NCBI GenBank assembly: GCA_963709505.1 | Contig: CAVPXC010000029.1 | Coordinates: forward strand, 1,530-65,529 | DNA: 64,000 bases | Direction of reading: 5' to 3' | From: an uncultured Chloroflexia bacterium | GTDB taxonomy: Bacteria; Chloroflexota; Anaerolineae; JAAEKA01 | Shown: positions 9,611-19,238 of the stretch, one piece after another | How positions within the stretch are numbered: the first letter of the stretch is position 1 | Layout: every line of letters begins with the position of its first letter | Position numbers and translations under genes: made by a program | Notes under the pieces: generated by a model | Told to the model about the DNA's origin: nothing | Seen by the model: only the letters and a program-made list of their open reading frames with translations | The model's database searches: none

Positions 9611-10945
9611 ATGAACTCGCGAGAACGTGTGCTAGCCGCAATCAACCACGAAGAAGCAGATCGCGTGCCGATCGACTTGGGCAGCACGTGTGTCACCAGC
9701 ATCAACCTGCGAGCCTATGGTAGTCTCAAGCGCTTTCTCGGTATCACCGAGGGACGGGCGCGTGTATACCACACATGGGTACAGGTTCCCGAGCTTGAGC
9801 CGGCCATTCGCGACCGTCTTCACATCGACACGGTCACGCTACCGCGCTACAAGATGTCGCTCGGTGTACCGAACAGTGAATTCAAGCCATGGACCTACGT
9901 GGATGGCAACGAGTATCTCGCGCCGGTTGGCTTCACCCCGACCATTAACGCCGCGGGCGACATTGAATGGTGGGAGAATGGGATTAAAATCGCAGAGATG
10001 CCGGGCGAGGGCACTCAGGGTTTTGCCCTGCAATACCACCCGCTCAAACACGCGCAGACACCCAGCGAGATTGACGCCTGGTTTGATAGCTACGAAGGCA
10101 ATTTTACAGGACGCATTCGCGTGACCGACGAGGAGATCGAATGGGCCCGGGCTTACGGCAAGCGTCTGCGCGAAACCACGGACAAAGCGATCGTGTCCGA
10201 TTACGTTTTCGGTATTCTCCACATCGTCGAGGGGATGGTGGGGACCGAAACAATCTACATGAACCTGATCAACAAGCCTGACCTGGCGCATTACCTGTTT
10301 GAGCGGCTAGTGCACGAATACATCACCAATCTGCGGCGCTATCTCGACGGTGTGGGCGAGTACATCGACGTGATTTTGGGCGCCGACGACGTGGGCCACC
10401 AGCGCGGGCCTATGATCAAGGTCGACATGTTCCGCAACTTTTTGCTGCCCGGCCACAAGTTGTTCTGCGATACGGTGCACACGCATAGCAAGGCCAAGGT
10501 CCTATTTCACACCGACGGATCGGTCATGCCCTTCTTGCAGGATCTGATCGACATCGGCGTGGACTGTTTCAACACCGTGCAAACTGACGCCGCCAAGATG
10601 GATGCGTTCGAGCTGAAGAAGCGTTTTGGCAAAAACCTGACCTTTTGGGGTGGTGGCGTGGATACCCACGGCGTGCTGCCCTTTGGCACGCCGGAGCAGG
10701 TACGTGAGGACGTGCGCCGGCGGATCGCCATCTTCGGCCCCGGCGGCGGTTACGTGTTTTCGTCCATCCACAATATCCTGGGCGAAGTGCCGCCCGAGAA
10801 CATTCTGGCGGCCTTCGATGCAGCCTACGAATTCGGCGTTTATCCGATCCAGGCCGGGCCGGAAAGCCAGGAAGAGCTTGGCAGCCGGCTGACTGCGATC
10901 AATTATTGGATGAAGCCGCTGCAGGCGCTGGAACGCGGTAGCTAA
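9611..10945 (+). CDS. URO-D / MtaA-CmuA family protein
   Basis: MNSRERVLAAINHEEADRVPIDLG, ADDVGHQRGPMI, FHTDGS, NTVQT, FWGGGVDT..LPFGTPEQV, GGGYVFSSIHNI. Confidence 0.9.
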   Translation: MNSRERVLAAINHEEADRVPIDLGSTCVTSINLRAYGSLKRFLGITEGRARVYHTWVQVPELEPAIRDRLHIDTVTLPRYKMSLGVPNSEFKPWTYVDGNEYLAPVGFTPTINAAGDIEWWENGIKIAEMPGEGTQGFALQYHPLKHAQTPSEIDAWFDSYEGNFTGRIRVTDEEIEWARAYGKRLRETTDKAIVSDYVFGILHIVEGMVGTETIYMNLINKPDLAHYLFERLVHEYITNLRRYLDGVGEYIDVILGADDVGHQRGPMIKVDMFRNFLLPGHKLFCDTVHTHSKAKVLFHTDGSVMPFLQDLIDIGVDCFNTVQTDAAKMDAFELKKRFGKNLTFWGGGVDTHGVLPFGTPEQVREDVRRRIAIFGPGGGYVFSSIHNILGEVPPENILAAFDAAYEFGVYPIQAGPESQEELGSRLTAINYWMKPLQALERGS

Positions 10946-10965
10946 GTCCCAAAACGGAGAATCGC

Positions 10966-12069
10966 ATGAAACCTCGAGACCGTGTCTTAACCGCCCTCAA
11001 ACGAACCGGCGTCCCGGATCGCGTTCCTCTTCAGTTTGATTTGTGCAGACAATTGACCGATGCATTCGGCGAGAAATACAATATCCCAGTGCATTACACC
11101 ACGTCCTACTTTGAGGATGTTACCTATCGCATCTCCGCCAATGAGCTGCGCACTGCGATGGGCAGCGATTGCGTCGTGGTTGGCGCAGGCCTGCCGCGCG
11201 GTTATAGCCACCCCAAAACCGACGATGGCTGCATCATCAATGAATTTGGTATGAAGATGCGCCAGGGACCCTTGTACATGGAAGTGGTCGACACGCCGCT
11301 GCGCAATGTGTCCACGGTCGAGCAGGTTCAGTCCCAGCGCTTTCCTGATCCTCTTGCGCCTGGCCGTTTTGACGATGCCGAAAAGATCATCAAACAATAT
11401 AAGGACGAGTACTTCGTCATCGGCGACCTCGAACTCACGATGTTCGAAATGTCCTGGCACATGGTCGGCCTGGAGAAGTTCATGGTCGACATGGCCATGG
11501 GCGAGGAGTACATCGAGGTGTTGCTCGACCGGGTGCGCGAGTTTAGCACGGGCATCGGCAAGCGATTGGTGGAGCTTGGCGTCGATGGTATCTGGTTCGG
11601 CGATGACTTCGGCGCCCAGAATGGCATGCTGATCTCTCCAAAGATGTGGCGCAGAATCTTCAAACCGCGCTATGCCGCGCTGTTTCAGGAGTTCAAGGCC
11701 ATCAACCCCGACCTCCTGATTATGTACCACACCGATGGCGCAGTGGCGTCGATCCTGCCTGACCTGATCGAAATCGGCCTCGACGTGTTCAACCCGGTTC
11801 AGCCCAACGTGCCCGGCCACGATCCGCAGGAACTGAAGGACAAGTTCGGCGACCGGCTTTCGTTCTGGGGCGCAATCGACCAGCAAAACCTGCTGCCGAA
11901 CGGCACCCCTGCCGAGATCGAAGCCGACGTAGCCGAGAAGATCCGCATTCTGGGTGCCGGCGGCGGTTACATGGTTGCACCCGCCCACATTATTCAGTCC
12001 GACGTTTCGATGGAGAACGTCGAAGCCTTTATCGCCGCCGCCAAGAAGCACGGCGCCGATGCCAGGTAA
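10966..12069 (+). CDS. URO-D / MtaA-CmuA family protein
   Basis: PDRVPLQFD, GDDFGAQNGMLISPKMWR, YHTDG, FNPVQP, FWGAIDQQ..LPNGTP, GGGYMVAPAHIIQ. Confidence 0.9.
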   Translation: MKPRDRVLTALKRTGVPDRVPLQFDLCRQLTDAFGEKYNIPVHYTTSYFEDVTYRISANELRTAMGSDCVVVGAGLPRGYSHPKTDDGCIINEFGMKMRQGPLYMEVVDTPLRNVSTVEQVQSQRFPDPLAPGRFDDAEKIIKQYKDEYFVIGDLELTMFEMSWHMVGLEKFMVDMAMGEEYIEVLLDRVREFSTGIGKRLVELGVDGIWFGDDFGAQNGMLISPKMWRRIFKPRYAALFQEFKAINPDLLIMYHTDGAVASILPDLIEIGLDVFNPVQPNVPGHDPQELKDKFGDRLSFWGAIDQQNLLPNGTPAEIEADVAEKIRILGAGGGYMVAPAHIIQSDVSMENVEAFIAAAKKHGADAR

Positions 12070-12299
12070 GTTGACCGAATTTGACCGGGCATTGCCACTG
12101 TCGCCGCGGAAATCGTCGAAACCCTTAGTTTTGTTGTGAAATCGAGGATCTCGAGGTCAAATTTCCTGACCGAATTTGACCAGATGTAGCCAAAGTCACC
12201 GCAAAGAAGTGTCGAGCGCACGAAGATAGAGAGACGCATCGAGTTCAGATGCGCCGCTTTCGCCGGATCTTCGTTCGGCTAAAGGTATCTTCTCAATTT

Positions 12300-12364
12300 G
12301 TAGGGGCGACCCTTGCGGTCGCCCTGCGTCGCCCCGGTGGGCAGGCGCAAGGCCGTGCCCCTAC
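12300..12364. repeat. GTAG-type REP doublet
   Basis: GTAGGGGCGACCCTTGCGGTCGCCC..GGGCAGGCGCAAGGCCGTGCCCCTAC. Confidence 0.75.
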
Positions 12365-12395
12365 CCCGGATTATCAAGAGTTGTAACGACAAATC

Positions 12396-12734
12396 ATGCC
12401 AACCTATCAAATATTGTACTGGTACGACATTCCAACGCAGGTTCGTGTCCGAGAGGGCCGCGAGCGAGTGAGTAAGCCGCTGTCACCGCGTTTCATGGAG
12501 GCGGTGGACGCGGCTGCCATGCGCGCGCGCCTGACCAGCGCCGACGACTATCCCAAGGGCTTCAAGTGGAGCGAAGGCCAGCAGCGCGACGGTTCACCCG
12601 AGGCAGTGGTCAATTCGGTCGTGGCAGAGCTCGAAGCCCACTACGAGACGATCGAGTGGCGCCAACTGGCCGACCGGCTGCGAGCCGAGAAACGCCAAAC
12701 CCTCCCGGACACCCCGCAGGAAGGAGCCGAGTAG
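12396..12734 (+). CDS. Small Virulence_fact (PF13769)-like protein
   Basis: YWYDIPTQV..LSPRFMEAVDAAAM..DDY..W pattern; 1 nt from the RACo start. Confidence 0.7.
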   Translation: MPTYQILYWYDIPTQVRVREGRERVSKPLSPRFMEAVDAAAMRARLTSADDYPKGFKWSEGQQRDGSPEAVVNSVVAELEAHYETIEWRQLADRLRAEKRQTLPDTPQEGAE

Positions 12735-12735
12735 C

Positions 12736-14820
12736 ATGCAGAGCAACGGCTCCAAGGAGGCGGTCCAGCCGCTGGTGATCTTCATGCCCGCCGGGCGACG
12801 CGCGCACGTCGATCCCGGCACATCTCTGCTCGACGCTGCCCGCCAGATGGGTGTCGGCATCGAGAGCATTTGCGGTGGCCGCTTAACCTGCGCCAAGTGC
12901 AAGGTGCGCGTCGAGGAAGGCGCGTTTCAGAAGCACGGCATCGAGTCGGGCGCTACCCACCTCTCCGCCCCGTCGACCGACGAGCAGGCGCTGATCGAGG
13001 AGGATGGCGATCTCGACTGCCGCATGTCTTGTTCGGCGCGCGTCTATGGCGATGTATTGGTCTTCGTCCCCGAGGAGAGCCGGGCGCAAAAGCAGGTCGT
13101 GCGCAAATCGGCCACCGAGCGCTTAATCGACGTCGCCCCGGCCGTACGCGAGGTCTACGTCGAGGTCGACGAAGCACAACTCGGCGAGCACCGCGGCGAC
13201 TGGGGCCGGCTTCAGGATGCGCTGGCACAGCAATGGGATTTGACCCAACTTGGTATCGATCTGAGCGCACTGCAGAAACTCCAGCCAACGTTGCGCAAGG
13301 GACACTGGAAGGTCACGGCCACCGTCTGGCAAGGAGATGACCGGGCAGAGGTGCTCGACGTCCACCCTGGCTACCACGATGGCGTTTACGGAATGGCCGT
13401 GGACATCGGCAGCACGACCGTGGCCGCGTATCTGTGTAACCTCCGCACAGGCGAATTGCTGGCCACAGAATCGGCCATGAACCCGCAGGTCGTTTACGGC
13501 GAAGATCTGATGAGCCGCATCTCGTACGCCATGGTCCACAAAGATGGGCTCGAACGGATGCACACGGCCATCATCGACACGCTGAACAAGCTCGCTGCCA
13601 AGGCGACGCGCAGCGTCGGCCTGCGGCCGCGCGACATCCACGAGGCGGTGTTCGTCGGGAACACGACGATGATCCACATTCTGCTGGGCATCGACCCACT
13701 CGAGCTCGGCGGCGCGCCCTTTGCCCTGGCCAATCGCGACAGCATGGACCTCAAAGCGCGCGATCTCGGCCTGCGCCTGCATCCGGCAGCCAACGTCCAC
13801 ATCATGCCGGCCGAGGCCGGCCACGTGGGCGCGGATAACGTCGGCGTGCTGCTGGCCGAGCCGCCGTATTTGCATGACGAGATCACGCTGACGGTGGACG
13901 TGGGCACCAATGCCGAGATCGTGCTTGGCAACCGGGAGTGGATGTACAGCGCCTCCAGCCCGACCGGACCTGCCTTCGAGGGCGCACAGATTACCTACGG
14001 CATGCGTGCAGCCCCAGGCGCGATCGAGCGCGTGCGCATCGATCCGATCACGCTGGCCGCGCGCTTCAAGGTCATCGCCGAGGAGCGATGGTCTGACGAA
14101 TGGCAAAGCGGGCCGGGTGTGCCACTGGACGACCAGCCGAAGCAGCTCGCGACCGGCATCTGCGGCTCCGGCATCATCGAGGTGATTGCAGAGATGTTGC
14201 TGCAGGGCGTGATCCTGCCCGATGGCCGCTTCAACCCGGATCTGACGAGCGATCGCGTTTATCAAAGTGACGGCTCGGGTTCGTCCAAAACAGGCAGCAA
14301 GGGCGCCTATCTATTGGCCACCGGCGAGCAGACCAGCACCGGCGAGCCGATTCTGGTGACATTGGAGGACATCCGCAACATTCAGCTTGCGAAGGCCGCG
14401 CTGTACGCGGGCGCTAAGCTGCTCATGAACCGCGCAGGCGTCAAGACGGTCGACCGCGTTCTATTGGCCGGTGCGTTCGGCAGCTACATCGACCCCGTGT
14501 ACGCCATGGTGCTTGGGCTGGTTCCCGACTGTGATTTGAGCAAGGTGGCAGCGGTTGGCAACGCCGCAGGCGACGGCGCGCGCATCGCCCTGCTGAACCG
14601 GCAGAAGCGCGCCGAGGCCCAGCAGATCGCACACCAGGTTCGCTACGTCGAGACCGCGGTCGACCCGGATTTCCAGGTCGAGTACGTTGCCGCCATCCGC
14701 ATGCCGCACGCCAGCGACCCCTTCCCGCACCTCGACGGCTTGTTACCGGACCGCGAGACCGCTGCGCCGGCCCCCAAGCCCGTCATCCGCAGCCGCCCGC
14801 GGCGGATGGTGGAGGCGTAG
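12736..14820 (+). CDS. Reductive activator of corrinoid proteins (RACo/RamA-like; ASKHA ATPase with N-terminal 2Fe-2S ferredoxin)
   Basis: ICGGRLTCAKC..C, AVDIGSTT, NPQVVYGEDLMSRI, DVGTNAEIV, TGPAFEGAQI, GICGSG, LAGAFGSY, VGNAAGDGA. Confidence 0.93.
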   Translation: MQSNGSKEAVQPLVIFMPAGRRAHVDPGTSLLDAARQMGVGIESICGGRLTCAKCKVRVEEGAFQKHGIESGATHLSAPSTDEQALIEEDGDLDCRMSCSARVYGDVLVFVPEESRAQKQVVRKSATERLIDVAPAVREVYVEVDEAQLGEHRGDWGRLQDALAQQWDLTQLGIDLSALQKLQPTLRKGHWKVTATVWQGDDRAEVLDVHPGYHDGVYGMAVDIGSTTVAAYLCNLRTGELLATESAMNPQVVYGEDLMSRISYAMVHKDGLERMHTAIIDTLNKLAAKATRSVGLRPRDIHEAVFVGNTTMIHILLGIDPLELGGAPFALANRDSMDLKARDLGLRLHPAANVHIMPAEAGHVGADNVGVLLAEPPYLHDEITLTVDVGTNAEIVLGNREWMYSASSPTGPAFEGAQITYGMRAAPGAIERVRIDPITLAARFKVIAEERWSDEWQSGPGVPLDDQPKQLATGICGSGIIEVIAEMLLQGVILPDGRFNPDLTSDRVYQSDGSGSSKTGSKGAYLLATGEQTSTGEPILVTLEDIRNIQLAKAALYAGAKLLMNRAGVKTVDRVLLAGAFGSYIDPVYAMVLGLVPDCDLSKVAAVGNAAGDGARIALLNRQKRAEAQQIAHQVRYVETAVDPDFQVEYVAAIRMPHASDPFPHLDGLLPDRETAAPAPKPVIRSRPRRMVEA

Positions 14821-14941
14821 GGGCGGGCCTTGCGCCCGCCCGCATGACGTACCATCGTAGGGGCGGGCCTTGCGTCCGCCCGCTTGCGTCCGCCCCGGAC
14901 GACGTGCGAAACCAGAGGGCGGACGCAAGGCCCGCCCCTAC
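14817..14941. repeat. GTAG-type REP cluster (two direct copies, one inverted); supplies the RACo stop codon
   Basis: GTAGGGGCGGGCCTTGCG(C/T)CCGCCC twice, then GGGCGGACGCAAGGCCCGCCCCTAC. Confidence 0.8.
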
Positions 14942-14980
14942 GACAGTTTGGCGTTATATGAAACGGAATGGTAGAACGAT

Positions 14981-15493
14981 ATGAGCATTGGAACGTGGTT
15001 GCGTGATCGTCCCGCCCTCCTCGAAATAGTGTACGATGCCACGCACACACTGTTTACGGCGATGGATCCGCTGATCCAACGCATCGGCTACGAGCGCACC
15101 GATCAGCTGATTCGCGGGCCGGAGGAGTTCGGCAAGAAGGTGGTGTTTGATTGTCGCATGTGCGGCCAGTGCATCCTCCACTCGACGGGCATGACGTGTC
15201 CGATGAGCTGTCCCAAGAACCTGCGCAATGGCCCCTGCGGCGGCGTGCGCGCCAACGGGCACTGCGAGGTGAAACCGGAAATGCGCTGCGTTTGGGTCGA
15301 GGCCTACGAGCGTTCCCAGCGTATGCCGATGTTCGGCAACGAGATTCTGTGGATCGAGCCACCGGTAAACCGCCAGCTCGAAGGCACCTCGGCCTGGGTG
15401 AACATGCTCACCGGCGTGGACACCGAGGTTCCGAAGGCGTGGCAGGGTATCAATACAGTGCCGAATGTGCCGGGCGCGCCGGAAAAGAAGTAG
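14981..15493 (+). CDS. metV: Methylene-THF reductase C-terminal-domain protein (MetV-like, Cys-rich)
   Basis: FDCRMCGQC..GMTCPMSCPKNLRNGPCGG..GHCEV..CVW. Confidence 0.85.
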   Translation: MSIGTWLRDRPALLEIVYDATHTLFTAMDPLIQRIGYERTDQLIRGPEEFGKKVVFDCRMCGQCILHSTGMTCPMSCPKNLRNGPCGGVRANGHCEVKPEMRCVWVEAYERSQRMPMFGNEILWIEPPVNRQLEGTSAWVNMLTGVDTEVPKAWQGINTVPNVPGAPEKK

Positions 15494-15577
15494 ATATCAC
15501 AACGAATGGCGGAGGGCGGACGGCAGACGGTGGTCAGCAGTCAGCCGTCAGAAGTCAGCGGTCAGCGAATAGGAACT

Positions 15578-16633
15578 ATGGAAACAACCAACACATCACT
15601 GGAGTTTTCAGCAGGTAGCCGGCTGGAGCGGGTATTGCGCTCGGGTCGATTTGCGGTTACGGCCGAGCTCAACCCACCCGACAGCGCCAACCCGCAGGAT
15701 GTGTACGATGCGGCTTTGGTGTTGTCGGAGGTATGTGACGCCATCAATGCCACCGATGCCTCCGGCGCGCACTGCCATATGTCGAGCGTAGCGATTTGCG
15801 CTTTGTTGACGCGCGCCGGCTATGAGCCGGTGTACCAGATTTCGTGCCGCGACCGCAACCGCATTGCGATCCAGGGCGACCTGCTGGGCGCGGCGGCGAT
15901 GGGCGTCAAGAACGTGCTGTGTCTGACGGGCGACGACGTAACTGCCGGCGACCAGCCGCAGGCTAAGCGTGTGTTTGATCTGGACTCGACACAGCTGCTG
16001 TTTACGGCTAAGATCATGCGCGACCACGGCATGTTTTTGAGCGGCCGCAAGCTCACGACTCCTCCCCGCGTGTTCCTGGGCGCAGCCGAGAACCCCTTCG
16101 TGCCGCCGTTCGACTGGCGTCCGCTGCGCCTGGCCAAGAAGATAGAAGCCGGCGCACAGTTCATCCAAACTCAATATTGCTTTGATGTGCCCAGGTTTCA
16201 GCAATTCATGGCGCGTGTACGGGACCTGGGGCTGGACGAGCGGGTCTACATCCTGGTCGGCGTTGGGCCGCTGCGCTCGGACAAGGCGGCCGAATACATG
16301 CGCAAGAACGTGCCGGGTGTCCACATCCCGGACGAAATCGTTGAGCGGCTGCGCCAAACGCCCAAGGAAAAGAAGCTGGCCGAGGGCAAGCGCATCTGTG
16401 TCGAAATCATCCAGCAAGTCAAGGAAATCGCGGGCGTGGCCGGCGTACACGTTATGGCCTATCGGCAAGAAGAGTTGGTGGCGGAGATCATCGAAGAGTC
16501 CGGGCTGCTGCCTCGACCCCTGCAGCCATCTTCAGCCGCCCGAGAAGCTTATTTGCGCGCACGGCGCCACGCCCATGACCATACCCCATCCGATGGGTCG
16601 CAACCCCAAAACCCGTGGAGAATCCAACCATGA
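15578..16633 (+). CDS. metF: 5,10-methylenetetrahydrofolate reductase
   Basis: TAELNPP, NATD, QISCRDRNRIAIQGDLLGA, LTGD, KKIEAGAQFIQTQYCFD. Confidence 0.92.
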   Translation: METTNTSLEFSAGSRLERVLRSGRFAVTAELNPPDSANPQDVYDAALVLSEVCDAINATDASGAHCHMSSVAICALLTRAGYEPVYQISCRDRNRIAIQGDLLGAAAMGVKNVLCLTGDDVTAGDQPQAKRVFDLDSTQLLFTAKIMRDHGMFLSGRKLTTPPRVFLGAAENPFVPPFDWRPLRLAKKIEAGAQFIQTQYCFDVPRFQQFMARVRDLGLDERVYILVGVGPLRSDKAAEYMRKNVPGVHIPDEIVERLRQTPKEKKLAEGKRICVEIIQQVKEIAGVAGVHVMAYRQEELVAEIIEESGLLPRPLQPSSAAREAYLRARRHAHDHTPSDGSQPQNPWRIQP

Positions 16634-17598
16634 CACTAGAAACGATCGTCTCATCCCCGTCGAAAACCGTTGTGATCGGCCCAGGCAGGCCGTTTGTCAT
16701 CATCGGCGAGCGGATCAATCCGACCGGCCGCAAGAAGCTGGCCGCCGAAATGCAGGCGGGTGACTTTAGCCGCGTTCGCGCTGACGCCATCGCCCAAGTT
16801 GCCGCCGGCGCGCACATTCTCGACGTCAACGCCGGCCTCGGCGTAGCCAACCCCCACGAGGTTGAGCCGGAAGTTCTGACCGAGGCCATCCGCATCGTGC
16901 AGGAAGTGGTCGACGTGCCGATCTCGATCAATTCGTCGGTCGTTCCGGCCCTCAAGGCCGGCCTGAAGGCCGCTTGGGGCAAGCCTATTGTCAACTCGGT
17001 GACCGGCGAGGAGGAGCGGATGGAGGTGGTGTTCCCGCTCGTGGCCGAGCGCGGGGCGGTGGTTATCGCCATCTCCAACGACGAGAGCGGTATCTCCTAC
17101 GATCCAAGGGTGCGTTTCGAGGTCGCTAAACGAATCGTCAAGCGCGCGGCCACCTACGGCATTCCACCCGAGAATATCCTGATCGATCCGCTGGCGATGC
17201 CCGCCGGCGCGGTACCCGGAGCCGGCAAGCAGATCTTTGACATCGTGCGCTGGATCCGCGAGGAACTGGGCTGCAATTGCACCTGTGGCGCGTCCAATAT
17301 CTCCTTTGGCCTGCCCAACCGGGCGGCGGTCAACGCCAGCTTTGTCGCCATGGCCATCGCCGCGGGCATGACCTGCGCGATTACCAACCCGCTGGAGCAG
17401 GAGATCATGACCGGCATCCGCGCGGCGGACCTGCTGATGGGCCAGGACGAGAACTGTACGGCCTGGATCATGATGCAGCGCCAGCTGCAAAAGGCTGCCG
17501 CACAAGCGGCGGCCTTGGCCGCTGGCGAGACGGCTACGCCGGCCGAGACGGGCGAGCGCCGCTCGCGCCGGGATCGGGTTTCGTCTGGTGGGGCTTAA
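16630..17598 (+). CDS. Methyl-THF:corrinoid methyltransferase (AcsE-like pterin-binding domain)
   Basis: IIGERINPTGRKKL, AGAHILDVNAG, IVNSVTGE, LIDPL, GASNISFGLPNR; ATGA overlap with metF. Confidence 0.88.
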   Translation: MTLETIVSSPSKTVVIGPGRPFVIIGERINPTGRKKLAAEMQAGDFSRVRADAIAQVAAGAHILDVNAGLGVANPHEVEPEVLTEAIRIVQEVVDVPISINSSVVPALKAGLKAAWGKPIVNSVTGEEERMEVVFPLVAERGAVVIAISNDESGISYDPRVRFEVAKRIVKRAATYGIPPENILIDPLAMPAGAVPGAGKQIFDIVRWIREELGCNCTCGASNISFGLPNRAAVNASFVAMAIAAGMTCAITNPLEQEIMTGIRAADLLMGQDENCTAWIMMQRQLQKAAAQAAALAAGETATPAETGERRSRRDRVSSGGA

Positions 17599-17604
17599 TA
17601 GTGG

Positions 17605-17704
17605 AGACCCTTTGGGTTTCTCTACGCTGGATTCGTTGTCCTGGCACCAACGATTATCGGCCCAGTGACGAAACCTGATTTGTAGCGAGAAACCCAAAGG
17701 GTCT
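17605..17704. repeat. Intergenic element with 18-bp terminal inverted repeats
   Basis: AGACCCTTTGGGTTTCTC (17605-17622) and GAGAAACCCAAAGGGTCT (17687-17704). Confidence 0.8.
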
Positions 17705-17717
17705 GGTAGGAGCATCC

Positions 17718-19002
17718 ATGCGATTTCACCTGCTTCATCCTCGCGACCAGCTCGTCGCGATCATGAATCGCATTTACAACAACGGCATGACCACCCTGTC
17801 GGGCGGCAACTTGTCGATTCTCGACGCTAACGGCGACATCTGGATCACGCCCGCCGGCGTCGACAAGGGCAAGCTGACGCCGCAGGACATCGTGTGCGTA
17901 CACGCCGATGGCACGGTCGACGGCCTGCACCGGCCGTCGTCTGAGCTCCCCTTCCATCGAGCGATCTACCGCTGCCGGCCGGATCTGCGGGCCATTGTGC
18001 ACGCACATGCGCCCGCGTTGGTGTCGTTTAGCATCGTTCGTCAGGATTCCGAATGCATATATCATTCCGCAGGCGCAGCGCGTTTGCGGGCTGGTGGGCT
18101 ATGCCCCCTATGCCTTACCCGGCAGTGAGCAGCTTGGCGAAGCCATCGCCGATACTTTCGCCGACGGCTACAACGTCGTGCTGCTGGAGAACCACGGCAT
18201 TGCTGCGGGGGCAGGCGATCTGCTGACCGCGTTTCAGCGGCTGGAGACTCTGGACTTCTGTGCGCGCACGGAGCTGAAGGCGCACGCGCTTGGGCCGATC
18301 AATACGCTTACCGAGGCGCAGCTGTTGCCCTTCGATGCCCAACACAACCTGCTGCCCGAGTTCGCGTCGGGTTGGCATTCCAGCCGCGAGCGGGAGCTGA
18401 GGCAGGAAATGGTGGAGATCGTTCGGCGGGCCTGCGAGCGCTATCTGATGATCAGCACAGAGGGCGTCGTTTCCGCGCGCCTCGACGAGCACAGCTTTTT
18501 GATCACGCCTACGGGACTGGATCGAGGCAATCTGGAGATCGAGGACATTGTCTTAATCCAGGATGGCCAACGCGAGCGTGACAAACTACCCAGCCGTTCC
18601 GTGCGGCTGCACGCTGCGATCTACGAGATGCATCCGGACGTCAACTGCGTGATAACAGCCCAGTCGCCCAATATCTTAGCCTACGCGATCACGCATGGCC
18701 GCTTTGACACGCGCACGATCCCGGAGAGCTACATTTTGCTGCGCGATGTGCCGATGATACCGTATGGCGCGCAGTTCAAAGAGCCGCAACGCGTAGCCGA
18801 AGCGCTTTGCGATCGCTCGCCCGTGCTGTTGATCCAAAACGACGCCGTGCTGACGACCGGGCGCACCATCCTGCAGGCTTTCGACCGTCTCGAAGTAGTC
18901 GAGTTCAGCGCCCGTGCGCTGATCGACACCGCACTGCTAGGCCCGCATGTTCCGATCGGCGATGTGCAGCTGGCCAATTTGATCGAGGCGTTCTTGTCCT
19001 GA
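17718..19002 (+). CDS. Class II aldolase/adducin family protein with two tandem domains; frameshift near 18045
   Basis: [27 protein letters not shown] in domain 1; [21 protein letters not shown] in the degenerate domain 2. Confidence 0.85.
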
Positions 19003-19050
19003 GACCCGCCATACCGCGGGGCGGTATTGGCGAATTCAGAAACCCGATCG

Positions 19051-19136
19051 TGTCACTGGCGCTGCGCCGTGAGGTCCGCCGAAGCATCCCCCGTTTACAT
19101 CCATGCCGAGATGCTTCGGCGGACTTCAGCATGACA
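19051..19136. repeat. TGTCA..TGACA-bounded palindromic repeat
   Basis: TGAGGTCCGCCGAAGCATC (19070-19088) pairs with GATGCTTCGGCGGACTTCA (19110-19128). Confidence 0.7.
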
Positions 19137-19238
19137 TAACTGAGCAAGTTTCTGAGTAGAACCGCGGACTGGCGGAGGCGCGGACTAGAGCGGAGACGGA
19201 GCCGAACTGCTCGAGTCTTCAGATGTTTGGAGAAACCC

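Noticed and set aside
2469-12069. Heme biosynthesis (hemE) or methanogen-type CoM methyltransferases
   Set aside because: HemE and MtaA catalytic motifs are absent, and there are no tetrapyrrole or methanogenesis genes nearby
12090-12395. Cobalamin or SAM-I riboswitch before the C1 module (GCCACTG near 12094; TTATCAAGAG at 12371)
   Set aside because: Only isolated words match; the remaining conserved cores and stems are absent, and TTATCAAGAG is just 15 nt from the start codon
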